Shown here: piece by piece, positions 28,898 to 37,583 of the stretch
How the letters are laid out: every line of letters begins with the position of its first letter
How positions within the stretch are numbered: the stretch's first letter is position 1
Origin: Deltaproteobacteria bacterium
GTDB taxonomy: Bacteria > Myxococcota_A > UBA9042
Direction: 5' to 3'
DNA length: 64,000 bases
Assembly: GCA_016875335.1 (NCBI GenBank)
Contig: VGRO01000004.1
Coordinates: 32,158 to 96,157 of the forward strand
Translations under genes and position numbers: made by a program
The notes under the pieces: model-generated
The model's input: only the letters and a program-made list of their open reading frames with translations
Told to the model about the DNA's origin: nothing
Database searches by the model: none

Positions 28898-31231
28898 CTA
28901 CTTGGCGCAGGCTTTCAGCGTGATCGAGGTCAAACTCCAGTATTTCGGCACGATTTTGCCCGCCGACGGCGCCTTGAGGTTGGCGCCCCCGAAGTTGGCC
29001 AGGTCGCAGCTGGGCCATTTGACTTGGGTCACCCACCACATTTCACACTCGTTCATCGGCTGGTCGAACTTGGCCTTGAGCGCGCCCATGCAGTAGATGC
29101 GCACCGTCGCGGTGCTGGGCGAGCTGCTGTTGAAGCCGTGCGCGTCCCAGAAGTGCACGCCGACGCCGTAGTCCACGCCGTTCTCGGGCAGTTGCAGGTT
29201 CATGTTCTCGGGTCCCCAGCCGTTGGTGTCGTCGAGATCCAGGCTCGGGTCATCCGTCTGCAAGGCTGCGTTGCCCCACTTCGGGGCCGGGTTGATCCAG
29301 TACACGTCGTACACGCCATTGAACCACGGGTCGGTCTGGCCGTCCTTGTCCAGGTCGGGCTGGCAGTTCTTGGTGACCGTCGCGCTGCACTGTTGGGCTT
29401 GGTAGGCCTTGCTGTGCACCACGTGCAAGTCGAGGTCGGCGCCCTCGGCATTGGGCCCGTCGTCCTGCACGGTGTCCTCGGGGGTGTTCCACAGCAGCTC
29501 TACGTGGAAGGCCACGCTCGGCACCACCAGCACCGACAGGACCGCGGGCGCGCACGATTCGGTGCCACTGTCGTCCCACACCTGCAGCTTGACCTTGTAC
29601 TCGCCGGCTACCGTCAGCCACACGATCGGGCTGCCGTCGGGCTTGGTCCCCGGCACGCCCAACTGCACGTCGGCGGAGGTGTCGTTGGGGTGGAATTTGA
29701 CGCCGACCGCGCCGGCCGGGGCGTCGAGCAGCGTCCACTTGTACTTGACCACCTTTCCGGGCGGCGCGGCGTAGCTGGCAGACCCTTTGAGCTTGAGCGG
29801 CATCTGCGGTTCGATCTGCTCGCCCGGCTCGGGAACGATGACCGGCGTCGGGCACTTGGCCGCGTTACCGGTGCACGATAGCGTAATGGTCTTGTTGGGT
29901 TTCGCCGTCGAGTCGACCAGGTCCAGCTTTGCCGTGAACGGCTGGTTGACCCCGGCGCTGTCCTTGTTCTCGCTCGGTGGCGTACACGCGATGTCGAGCG
30001 TGGCCTTGCCGTTCTTGGCCAGGACCGTCGGCTGGTCCGGGGTCGGCAACTTCGCGTTCTTGAAAGCGTAAACGCCAGCGGTGTCGCCCGCGATCTTGGC
30101 CGAGTTGATCTGCACCTCGCCTTCGCCGCAGTTGGTCAGCGTCACGGTCTTGACCGACTCGGTGCCGACGTACACTAGGCCGTGATCCAAGGCTTTTTCT
30201 GGCTTGACCAAAAGGCACGGCACGTTGAGATTGCCGGCCAACTGCACGGTCGCCGCGCCGGCCGCGTTGCTGGTCAGCGTCAAGGTCGCCTTGCGTCCCT
30301 TGTCGTCGATGGGCGCGAAGACCACTTCGCCGTCCAGGCTCTTGCCCGGTTCAATCAGGATCGGCGGGGCGAAGGTGACGTCCTTGTCGCCCGTCGCGGT
30401 CTTGCCACCAAGCTTGACGGCAAAGGTCTTGTCCTGCAGGGGCCACTGGATGCCGGTGACCTCCAGCATCGCCTCGCCGGTATTCTGAACCGCCAGCGCT
30501 TGCACCGAAGGGGGAGCCCCCGGGGCGACCACGGCGAAATCGACGAACTGCGGCGCTACGTTGATTGCGGGCTTGCCCTGCTTGGTCTGCACGGCGAATT
30601 GCACGAAAGTCTGATCCGGGTCACCATCGGACTTGATCTGCACGTTCACGGACTTGGGCAGGTTGTCGGTCTTCTCGAAGCGGATGACGAAGCGGGCGGC
30701 GTCGATCGCCTCGCGGGTCGTACAGGCCGCCTCGAAGTCCTTGGGCACGATCGACCCCCATGTGTGGTCCTTGCACAGCACCGCGACGCCGTTCTTCTTG
30801 ACGATCTTGCCGTCCTTGTCGGCCGCGAGGCACGAAAACGCCGTCTCGCCGGCCGGCGCCACCACCTCGATCTTGCCGATGAGCAGTTCCAGCGCGGCGC
30901 TGGTCTGTGCCTCATTGGAGATCTGGAAGGCCGTGTCCACGGGCGGACCGCCGATCGTGGTCGCCGCGGCATTGACCACCACCGGGACCGTCGGGTTGAC
31001 GGCGGTCAGGCCCTGGCGCAGTTGCAGCTTGGCCTTGCGGTCCAGGCCCGTGGTGTTGTCCTTGTCGAAGCTGCATTTCTTGGCCACGACCGCGCCGCCG
31101 TCCGGACCCGTGCCCGCGCCGGTTCCCGACGACCCCTCCGACAAACAGGACGCCAAGGCGGCCAGGCACACCAAGGCCCCCGCGATCGCCGCGCTCGCGG
31201 CCGACCGCCCGTTGCAACGCATCTGCATCAT
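28898..31231 (-). CDS. large secreted lipoprotein, paralog 2 of 3
   Basis: Start MMQMRCNGRSAASAAIAGALVCLAALASC. DUF1573-like repeats (FVDFAVVAPGAPPSVQALAVQNTGEAMLEVTGI; LDHGLVYVGTESVKTVTLTNCGEGEVQINS). C-terminus ELLWNTPEDTVQDD...DLDLHVVH...DLDKDGQTDPW...LDLDDTNGWGPEN...VGVHFW... Confidence 0.7.
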   Translation of the reverse strand: MMQMRCNGRSAASAAIAGALVCLAALASCLSEGSSGTGAGTGPDGGAVVAKKCSFDKDNTTGLDRKAKLQLRQGLTAVNPTVPVVVNAAATTIGGPPVDTAFQISNEAQTSAALELLIGKIEVVAPAGETAFSCLAADKDGKIVKKNGVAVLCKDHTWGSIVPKDFEAACTTREAIDAARFVIRFEKTDNLPKSVNVQIKSDGDPDQTFVQFAVQTKQGKPAINVAPQFVDFAVVAPGAPPSVQALAVQNTGEAMLEVTGIQWPLQDKTFAVKLGGKTATGDKDVTFAPPILIEPGKSLDGEVVFAPIDDKGRKATLTLTSNAAGAATVQLAGNLNVPCLLVKPEKALDHGLVYVGTESVKTVTLTNCGEGEVQINSAKIAGDTAGVYAFKNAKLPTPDQPTVLAKNGKATLDIACTPPSENKDSAGVNQPFTAKLDLVDSTAKPNKTITLSCTGNAAKCPTPVIVPEPGEQIEPQMPLKLKGSASYAAPPGKVVKYKWTLLDAPAGAVGVKFHPNDTSADVQLGVPGTKPDGSPIVWLTVAGEYKVKLQVWDDSGTESCAPAVLSVLVVPSVAFHVELLWNTPEDTVQDDGPNAEGADLDLHVVHSKAYQAQQCSATVTKNCQPDLDKDGQTDPWFNGVYDVYWINPAPKWGNAALQTDDPSLDLDDTNGWGPENMNLQLPENGVDYGVGVHFWDAHGFNSSSPSTATVRIYCMGALKAKFDQPMNECEMWWVTQVKWPSCDLANFGGANLKAPSAGKIVPKYWSLTSITLKACAK

Positions 31232-31277
31232 GGTCCTTCTCTGGCGGCGGACGAGCGCGGTCCGCGCGCTGCGGCGG

Positions 31278-33656
31278 CTACTGGGTCTTGCACTGGGTGG
31301 CTGCGCCACCGACCGACCCGTTGAAGACCTTGTTGACGTAGCACTTGGTGATGCACCAGTCGCCCTTTGGCTGCCACATCAGGTTCTTCTTGGCCGGACA
31401 CGAGTAGCCCGATTGGTAGCAGGTGTCGAACACCTTCTTGCTGCCGCCCGATGCGGTGTTCGGCCAGTTGACGCGACCGACGAACCACATGTCGAGCGGG
31501 TCCATCTTGACCTTGGTGAACTGCAAGGCCAAACCGCCCTGGATATAGATGGACACGGTGGCGTAAGAGGTGCCGTAGCCGTGGTCGTTCCAGTAGTGGA
31601 CGCCGACGTGGTAGGCGACCGGGTCGTCGACCGTGCCCTCGGGATCGACCAGGTTCAGGTTCTCTGGACCGGCGCCGTCGGTGTCGTCCAGGTCCAGGGT
31701 CGGGTTGTCCTTGGTGTTGCCGGCGCCGCCCCACTCGGGCGCTGCGTTGAACCAGAACGTGTCCCACGGGTTGCTGAACCACGGATCGGCCTGGCCGTCG
31801 CAGTCCAGGTCGAGCGTCGAGGCCAGCGGGTGCGCAAAGTGCAGGTCGAGGTCGGCGCCGGCCGCGGGGCCGCTGTCGGTCTGGTCGGGGTCCGATGGCG
31901 TATCCCACAGCAGTTCGATGTGCAGGGCGTTGTTGGGGATGACCAGCACCTTCTGGCACGCCGGCACGCACGACTTGCTGTCGTTGGCGTCCCAGACCTC
32001 CAAGCAGAACTCGTATTCGCCGGACGCGTTGGCCAAAATCGACGGGTTGGCGAAGGACGCATTCGGCAACAACGGCTGGTTCGACCCCGCGGGCTGCTTG
32101 ACCGTCCACTTGTACTTCTTGATGGTGCCGCCGCCCGGGGCCTGTGACTTGTCGCCCTTGAGGTGGATGGTGGTCTGCGGCACCACCTGCTCGCCTTCGA
32201 CGACGATGACCTTGGCGATGGGGCAGGTGACCTTGACGCCCACGCCCTCGAGCTGCAACTTGGGCGAAACGAACGCATTGGACTTGACCGTGAGCACCGC
32301 GATGTCGGGCGGCTGACCGTCTTCGGTCAGGTCGCTCGGCGCGTAGGCGACCTTGAACGTGGCCTCGCCGTTGATGGGCAAGGTCATCGGGTTGTCGGCG
32401 CTGATGGGGCCGGTGCCGTTCTTGGTCTTGGAGAAAAGCGGCGTCTGGTCGATGGCGAATTCGTTGCTCTTGGTCTCCCCGGCGATGAAGTCGATGCTGG
32501 TGACCACCAGATCGACCGAACCGCAGTTCTTGATCTTGACCTCGGCGGTCCCGGGGGTGCTGCCCGGCACGGCGCCACCAAAGTTGTACTTGCCGGTCGG
32601 GGTCATGCACAGCGCCGGCACCGCGGTGTTGCCGTAGATGTCGAGCTTGCGGCTGGCGGTGTCGGGATCGGTGCTCTCGAACTTGACCGTGCCCGACTTC
32701 TTCTTGTCGTCCTTGGGCGCGAAGATGACCTCGAACTGCGCCGACTTGCCCACGTCGATTTCGAGCGGTTTGGCGAAGAGCCAGGGCTTGCCGCCCTGAT
32801 GGGCCTCGGTGTCGTGGTCGGCCGGGTCGACGAGCTTGATCGTGTACGCGGGATCGACCTCGGCCATCTTGATCGAGGTCAGCGTCAGCACGGCGTCGCC
32901 AGCGTTGACGGCCTGAAAGGTCTTGGGTTCGGTCTTGCCCGGTTGGGTATAGGGGAAGATCAGACCGTCGGCGGGCTGCAGCTCGAGCTTGGGCTTGCCC
33001 TGCTCGGTCTTGACGGTGAAGGAGAAGGTGCGATCGGACACCTCCTTCATGCCGCCAAGGTGCAGCGTGACCTTGGCCGTCCGGTCCTTGGCGTCAAAGC
33101 GCGTAAAGCGCACGTACAGGCTTTCCTTGTCCGCCTGCCCCGTCTTGGGCGTCAGGCCGACCGGGACGACCTCCTTCCAGGTGGTCTTGTCGCAACGGGT
33201 GGTCAGCGCGGCGTCGTGGAAGCACTCCAGGCTTTGTTTGTCAGGGGTTTCGTCTGGGCTGCCGGGGTTGTAGCCAAACTCGACCTTGGAGATCTTGAGC
33301 GAGGCGGCGTCGGACACGCTCTTGGTGTTGCGAATGAGCACCTGCAGCGCTTCGGTGCTCTTGCCCAGCTTGATCGAGCCCACCGACAACGCGATCGAAC
33401 CAGCGGGGGTCACGGTCTTGCCGAGCGAGGGCACCGTCAACTGGACGGCTGCGTTGCAGTCGATGGCCACGCCCGCGGCCGACACGCCGGTGCCCGACAA
33501 GCACGCGAATTCGCCGATTTTGTCGTTGCTGCCGGGTTTGTCGCCGCCGGGGCCGGAGCCGCCGCCCGGCAACCCGGAGTTACAGGCGGCGGCGAGCGCC
33601 AGGGCTGAGGCCAGCCACAGAGCGCGGGTCGTGCGGTCGGCAAGGCGGGTGTTCAT
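31278..33656 (-). CDS. large secreted lipoprotein, paralog 3 of 3
   Basis: Start MNTRLADRTTRALWLASALALAAAC at 33656, with a GGAG RBS. Same repeat/C-terminal architecture: ELLWDTPSDPDQTD...DLDLHFAH...LDCDGQADPW...LDLDDTDGAGPEN...VGVHYW... Confidence 0.7.
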   Translation of the reverse strand: MNTRLADRTTRALWLASALALAAACNSGLPGGGSGPGGDKPGSNDKIGEFACLSGTGVSAAGVAIDCNAAVQLTVPSLGKTVTPAGSIALSVGSIKLGKSTEALQVLIRNTKSVSDAASLKISKVEFGYNPGSPDETPDKQSLECFHDAALTTRCDKTTWKEVVPVGLTPKTGQADKESLYVRFTRFDAKDRTAKVTLHLGGMKEVSDRTFSFTVKTEQGKPKLELQPADGLIFPYTQPGKTEPKTFQAVNAGDAVLTLTSIKMAEVDPAYTIKLVDPADHDTEAHQGGKPWLFAKPLEIDVGKSAQFEVIFAPKDDKKKSGTVKFESTDPDTASRKLDIYGNTAVPALCMTPTGKYNFGGAVPGSTPGTAEVKIKNCGSVDLVVTSIDFIAGETKSNEFAIDQTPLFSKTKNGTGPISADNPMTLPINGEATFKVAYAPSDLTEDGQPPDIAVLTVKSNAFVSPKLQLEGVGVKVTCPIAKVIVVEGEQVVPQTTIHLKGDKSQAPGGGTIKKYKWTVKQPAGSNQPLLPNASFANPSILANASGEYEFCLEVWDANDSKSCVPACQKVLVIPNNALHIELLWDTPSDPDQTDSGPAAGADLDLHFAHPLASTLDLDCDGQADPWFSNPWDTFWFNAAPEWGGAGNTKDNPTLDLDDTDGAGPENLNLVDPEGTVDDPVAYHVGVHYWNDHGYGTSYATVSIYIQGGLALQFTKVKMDPLDMWFVGRVNWPNTASGGSKKVFDTCYQSGYSCPAKKNLMWQPKGDWCITKCYVNKVFNGSVGGAATQCKTQ

Positions 33657-33959
33657 GGTGCGGCTCCTGCGGAGTGCGGGTTGCGTTGTTTCGTTGGAAG
33701 CGAAGGAGTCAGAAGTTGGCCTGCGCTCGTCGTGGCGTTTGGCCGGTGGCCGTCGGGGTCTGTGGTCCCATCCAGGTCTGCGTTCCCATCCAGGTCTGCG
33801 TTTACTGGGCGCTTGCGGCGCGTACGGTGATGCCGCGGCGCCAACCGCAGGCACAACCTCCCGACTGTAACGGCGGGTCCGCGACCCGTCAACCACAAAA
33901 CGACGCCCAAAATCGGACCCGTGGGCGCGCTGGGGCCGACAGGCCCACGCTCGGCCCGT

Positions 33960-35531
33960 TCAGTCGCCGCCGGTCGGCACCTGATACCACTTGCGGGTCC
34001 ACTCGGTTAGCATGTTGTCGTCGGTGACAAAAGGCGTGTGCAACGTGCGCTCGACCAGTTTGGCGCAGGTTTCGGCCTGGCCGCCGTCGGGGCCGTAGGT
34101 GCTCTGGTCGGCGAGGCGCAAGATCTCGTCCAAGCGGCCGCGGTGCTGGGGATTGGCGAGATCGAAGATCTTGCGGCCGTCGACCACGATCTTTTCCAGT
34201 TCGGCGCGCCAGCGGTCGCGGTCGAGGGCGACCGGTTCGTCGCTCAAATACATGAAATTGATGATGCGCAGGCCGTGCTTGAAAGCGCCGCAGCCGGTCT
34301 TTTGCGCCGTCTCGCTCCAGGTAGTGTTGTAGACGAAAAGCCCGCCGGGGTTGAGGTGGTCCTTGACCAACTGCAGGTATTCCATGCTCAGCAGGTCGGT
34401 GATGTTGCCGCGCCAGTGCCAGGTGGTGTTCTGCAAGACCGTGTCGAACCTTTCTTTCGGGTGCGCGCGCAGCCAGCGGCGGCCGTCGTCGAACACCAGA
34501 TGGACTTTGGGGTTCTTGAGCAGCGACTGCACCTCGGGGAACTTGGCGACCAGCTCGGGGTAGCCGGGGTTGATCTCGACCACCGTCAGATCGGTCACGC
34601 CGGGCAGGTGCGCCACGACCTGCGCCCACGACCCGGACGACAAACCGATCATCAACACTTTCCCTGTATTGCGCGGCAAGCCCGCCAACGCATAGGCTCG
34701 CACGATCAGATTGCGATCGTGCACCACGTCGGTATTGAACACCCCGTCGTACATGCCGCCGCCATAGATCGCGCCGTCTTGGGACACGGTGATGACGCCT
34801 GAACGGTTCTCGACGACGTGGGCGAACTGCTGGCCCTGGTACTTCTTCTTCCACATCAGCCGTTCGTAGAGGCCCGCGTGCAAGCCGGGGCCGGCGAGCG
34901 CCCCGACCACGGCAAAGAGCGGCAACACCATCACGCCCACGGCCTTTTGCACGGGCTCGGTCGAACTCGCCCACCACAGGATCGACGTCAACACGACGCC
35001 CAGGACCATCAGCAGCGCGGAAATGTGTGGCAGCGGTAGCCATTGCATCAGCACAAAGCCGGTGAGCAGCGACCCAGTGACGCTGCCGGCGATGTTGGCG
35101 AGGTAGAGGTAGCTCAGTCTTTCGCCGACCTGCGCATCGGCGGCGATGCCGTAATGGGCGACCAGCGGCAAGATGGCGCCCATCAATCCAGCCGCAAGTG
35201 CGACGGCCGCGAGCGAAAACGCGTACGTGGCGAACGTCACCAATTGCGCCACCGCCGGCGCGAGGAGAAAGCTGACCGCAGTCGAGGCGAGCACCAGCCC
35301 CGCCGGCCAGCGCAGCCGCTTGGGGTCGCCGCCGACGCCGACCTCGTCGCAGACTTTGCGGGCGCCCAGGCTGCCCAACGCGATGCCGGCCAGATACGCA
35401 CCGAGCATGACGGCAAAACTGGACGGCGCGCCGCCGGTCAAGAAGCCATAGACGCGAAACCACACCATTTCGTAGGAAAGTGCGACGTATCCGGCGAGAC
35501 CGGTGACCAGCAGGGCCAGGCGAAATGACAT
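33960..35531 (-). CDS. membrane-anchored polyamine aminopropyltransferase (spermidine synthase-like with N-terminal ~7-TM domain)
   Basis: N-terminal 200 aa are hydrophobic helices. The C-terminal domain has spermidine-synthase motifs (VLMIGLSSGSWAQVV; TVVEINPGYPEL; VFDDGRRWL). This architecture is known from Mycobacterium SpeE. Confidence 0.8.
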   Translation of the reverse strand: MSFRLALLVTGLAGYVALSYEMVWFRVYGFLTGGAPSSFAVMLGAYLAGIALGSLGARKVCDEVGVGGDPKRLRWPAGLVLASTAVSFLLAPAVAQLVTFATYAFSLAAVALAAGLMGAILPLVAHYGIAADAQVGERLSYLYLANIAGSVTGSLLTGFVLMQWLPLPHISALLMVLGVVLTSILWWASSTEPVQKAVGVMVLPLFAVVGALAGPGLHAGLYERLMWKKKYQGQQFAHVVENRSGVITVSQDGAIYGGGMYDGVFNTDVVHDRNLIVRAYALAGLPRNTGKVLMIGLSSGSWAQVVAHLPGVTDLTVVEINPGYPELVAKFPEVQSLLKNPKVHLVFDDGRRWLRAHPKERFDTVLQNTTWHWRGNITDLLSMEYLQLVKDHLNPGGLFVYNTTWSETAQKTGCGAFKHGLRIINFMYLSDEPVALDRDRWRAELEKIVVDGRKIFDLANPQHRGRLDEILRLADQSTYGPDGGQAETCAKLVERTLHTPFVTDDNMLTEWTRKWYQVPTGGD

Positions 35532-35559
35532 GGGCGGCCTTGGGGCGAAGGTTGCGGGA

Positions 35560-35910
35560 TCAGTCCTCGCCGTCCAGGTCGGCCCACAGCAGGCGCGACA
35601 GGACGAGATCGTGCAGATCCTCGGGCACGGGGTGGGCGCTCAACAGCACCGGCGCCGCGGCGACAGCCCGTGCCAGTTGGCCGGGATCGGCGATGGCCCG
35701 CAGGCGCACCACGCCGTTTTCATTCTCCAGCAGTGCGCTCGGACCCGAGGTGCACGCCGACAGACAACTGGACCGTCCGACCTCTGCCGTCGCGCCCTGG
35801 GCCTTGGCCGCTTTCTTGGCGGCGGAGGTCATGCGGGCCAGCGACGCCGTCGGCGCAGGGCGCGGACAGCCGGAGCACAGGTGGATGCGCAGGTGGACGC
35901 CGTCGCTCAT
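35560..35910 (-). CDS. small Cys-motif protein (thioredoxin-like [2Fe-2S] ferredoxin-like / DUF1636-like); start overlaps the upstream stop (ATGA)
   Basis: MSDGVHLRIHLCSGCPRP...SSCLSACTSGPSALLENENGVVRLRAI (CxxC ... CxxxC-GP). Its ATG at 35910 overlaps the TGA of the LolA-like gene. Confidence 0.45.
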   Translation of the reverse strand: MSDGVHLRIHLCSGCPRPAPTASLARMTSAAKKAAKAQGATAEVGRSSCLSACTSGPSALLENENGVVRLRAIADPGQLARAVAAAPVLLSAHPVPEDLHDLVLSRLLWADLDGED

Positions 35911-36692
35911 TTGCCGAGCGCCTCGGGCACAAACATCGATTCGGGCAGCGGGGTCTTTTGGTCGACGTCGCGGGTCTCGACCGTGGTCACCGAGTTGCGC
36001 AGGTGGTTGATCATCCGAAACTTCTTCATCACCGTTCGGCCTGGCTCGCCGGCCTGTACCTGATCGACGACGAGCGTCTTGACGTGGGCGCCGGCCTTGT
36101 CGAAGAAGTTGATCTGCCGCGCCAGCCACAGCCGTTCGTCGATCCACAACTGCACTTTGCCGTAGGCATCTTGCCCGTCGACGATCGCCACGTCGATGCG
36201 GGTGCACGGCGCCCCGCCGATGGCCTCGCTGCCGGCCAGCTTGGCCTCGCCGGTCTGCAGCCCGCGGCCCTGCAGGTCACCGAAAGAGAAATCGGTGCCC
36301 ATGAAGGCTTCGTTGCGCTGCGAGCCGCTGATGCGCCGCAGCCGGCCGGTCTTGGGCAGCCACAGGTACTGGCTGGCCGCGCCGCCGCCCTCTTCGAGGA
36401 TGAGCAGTTCGGTGCCGACGGCGTCCGCAGGCTCCAGGAAGGTGACCCGCGACTTGAGGCGTCCGTCCTTGCCTCGCAATACCCGACTCAACGTCAGCCA
36501 CGTCTTGGACTTGCCGCTGGCCAGGGTCAGCGTGACCGACGTCTTGCTCTGGCCGGCCTGAAAGCCGCTGGCGTTGCGGTCGTTGGTCGCCTGCAACACT
36601 TTGCGTGCGGCGGGATCGTCGGCGCCCAGCGCGGGCAAGGACAGGGCCATCGACAAGATCGCCGCGGCGGCCAAGAAAAGATGCATGTCCAC
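35907..36692 (-). CDS. LolA-like outer-membrane lipoprotein-sorting family protein (periplasmic)
   Basis: Signal peptide MDMHLFLAAAAILSMALSLPALGA. Family-typical segments ...YLWLPKTGRLRRISGSQRNEAFMGTDFSFGDL... and ...KVQLWIDERLWLARQINFFDKAG... Confidence 0.65.
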   Translation of the reverse strand: MDMHLFLAAAAILSMALSLPALGADDPAARKVLQATNDRNASGFQAGQSKTSVTLTLASGKSKTWLTLSRVLRGKDGRLKSRVTFLEPADAVGTELLILEEGGGAASQYLWLPKTGRLRRISGSQRNEAFMGTDFSFGDLQGRGLQTGEAKLAGSEAIGGAPCTRIDVAIVDGQDAYGKVQLWIDERLWLARQINFFDKAGAHVKTLVVDQVQAGEPGRTVMKKFRMINHLRNSVTTVETRDVDQKTPLPESMFVPEALGK

Positions 36693-36707
36693 CTCGCGAC
36701 CGCGCGC

Positions 36708-37516
36708 CTACGCCGGCCGTGCGTGCAGCCACGCCTTGGTGCGGGCGTGTTCGGGGGCGCGCTCGGTGCGCTTGACCCGGTAGCCGCAGCCGCGCGAAAT
36801 CAACTGCACCGTGTGGGCGCGACCCGGGAAGGCCGCCTGGAGTGCGGCGAGCACCGCGTCTGTGTCGAAGAACTTGCAGGAAAAAATGTCGAAATACGCG
36901 CGCTGGCTGGCCAGGTCGATGTGCACGGCGATGTGCGATTCGGCGATCATGGTCATCGCCGACAGCCAACTGGCGCCGTCGGGCCCGGCGGCATCGGTCG
37001 ACCGCAGCACGTAGGGCCGCATGATCGGCGTCATGTCGATGCGCGGCGGCAGGTTGTCGAAGAGGTGGAAAAGGCCGTCCATGTCGCTCGGGCCGCAGTA
37101 GCCGTCGATGTTGAGCAACAGGTGCGGACCAAAGTCCTCGCTCGGGTGGACCGGCACCTCGTCGAACGGCCGCGGTCGCCGGGCGGTGTGAACCTCGACG
37201 GAGCGGACCGGCAGCGCGTTCTGGATGTAGGCGTTGGCCTCGTGGACGTCGAAGGCCCGCGGCGCGACCAGATCGACGAAGTAGCACTCGCGAAAGCTGA
37301 AGGTGTGCAAAGTCAGGTGGCCGCCCGGCAGCAATACGAACGCGCTGATGCCGCAGTCGTCGGGTTCGACACCGTTGTAGTACGGCAACAGCATCGGCGG
37401 CATCGCCGGCTGCAGCCCGAGGCGCGCCGGCAGCTCCTCGACCAACTCGTGGATCAACCGGATGTCGTCGAAGCGCGATCGGTGACCGCCAAAGCCATCG
37501 AGCGTATAGTGCAGCA
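36708..37516 (-). CDS. pyruvoyl-dependent AdoMetDC-family decarboxylase, tandem (pseudo-dimeric) fusion
   Basis: Real start MLHYTLDGFGG at 37516; the listed ORF 36708..39254 runs on upstream. The first half has a degenerate HLTLHTFSFRE motif with no Ser. The second half has the processing site AESHIAVHIDLASQRAYFDIFSCKFFD (ES↓H). Confidence 0.7.
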
Positions 37517-37583
37517 TGGTTCCAGGCGCGCGGCGATGGGGTTGTGGGCCGCGGGGCGCGCAATTGTGGCAGAGGTCGCGGTG

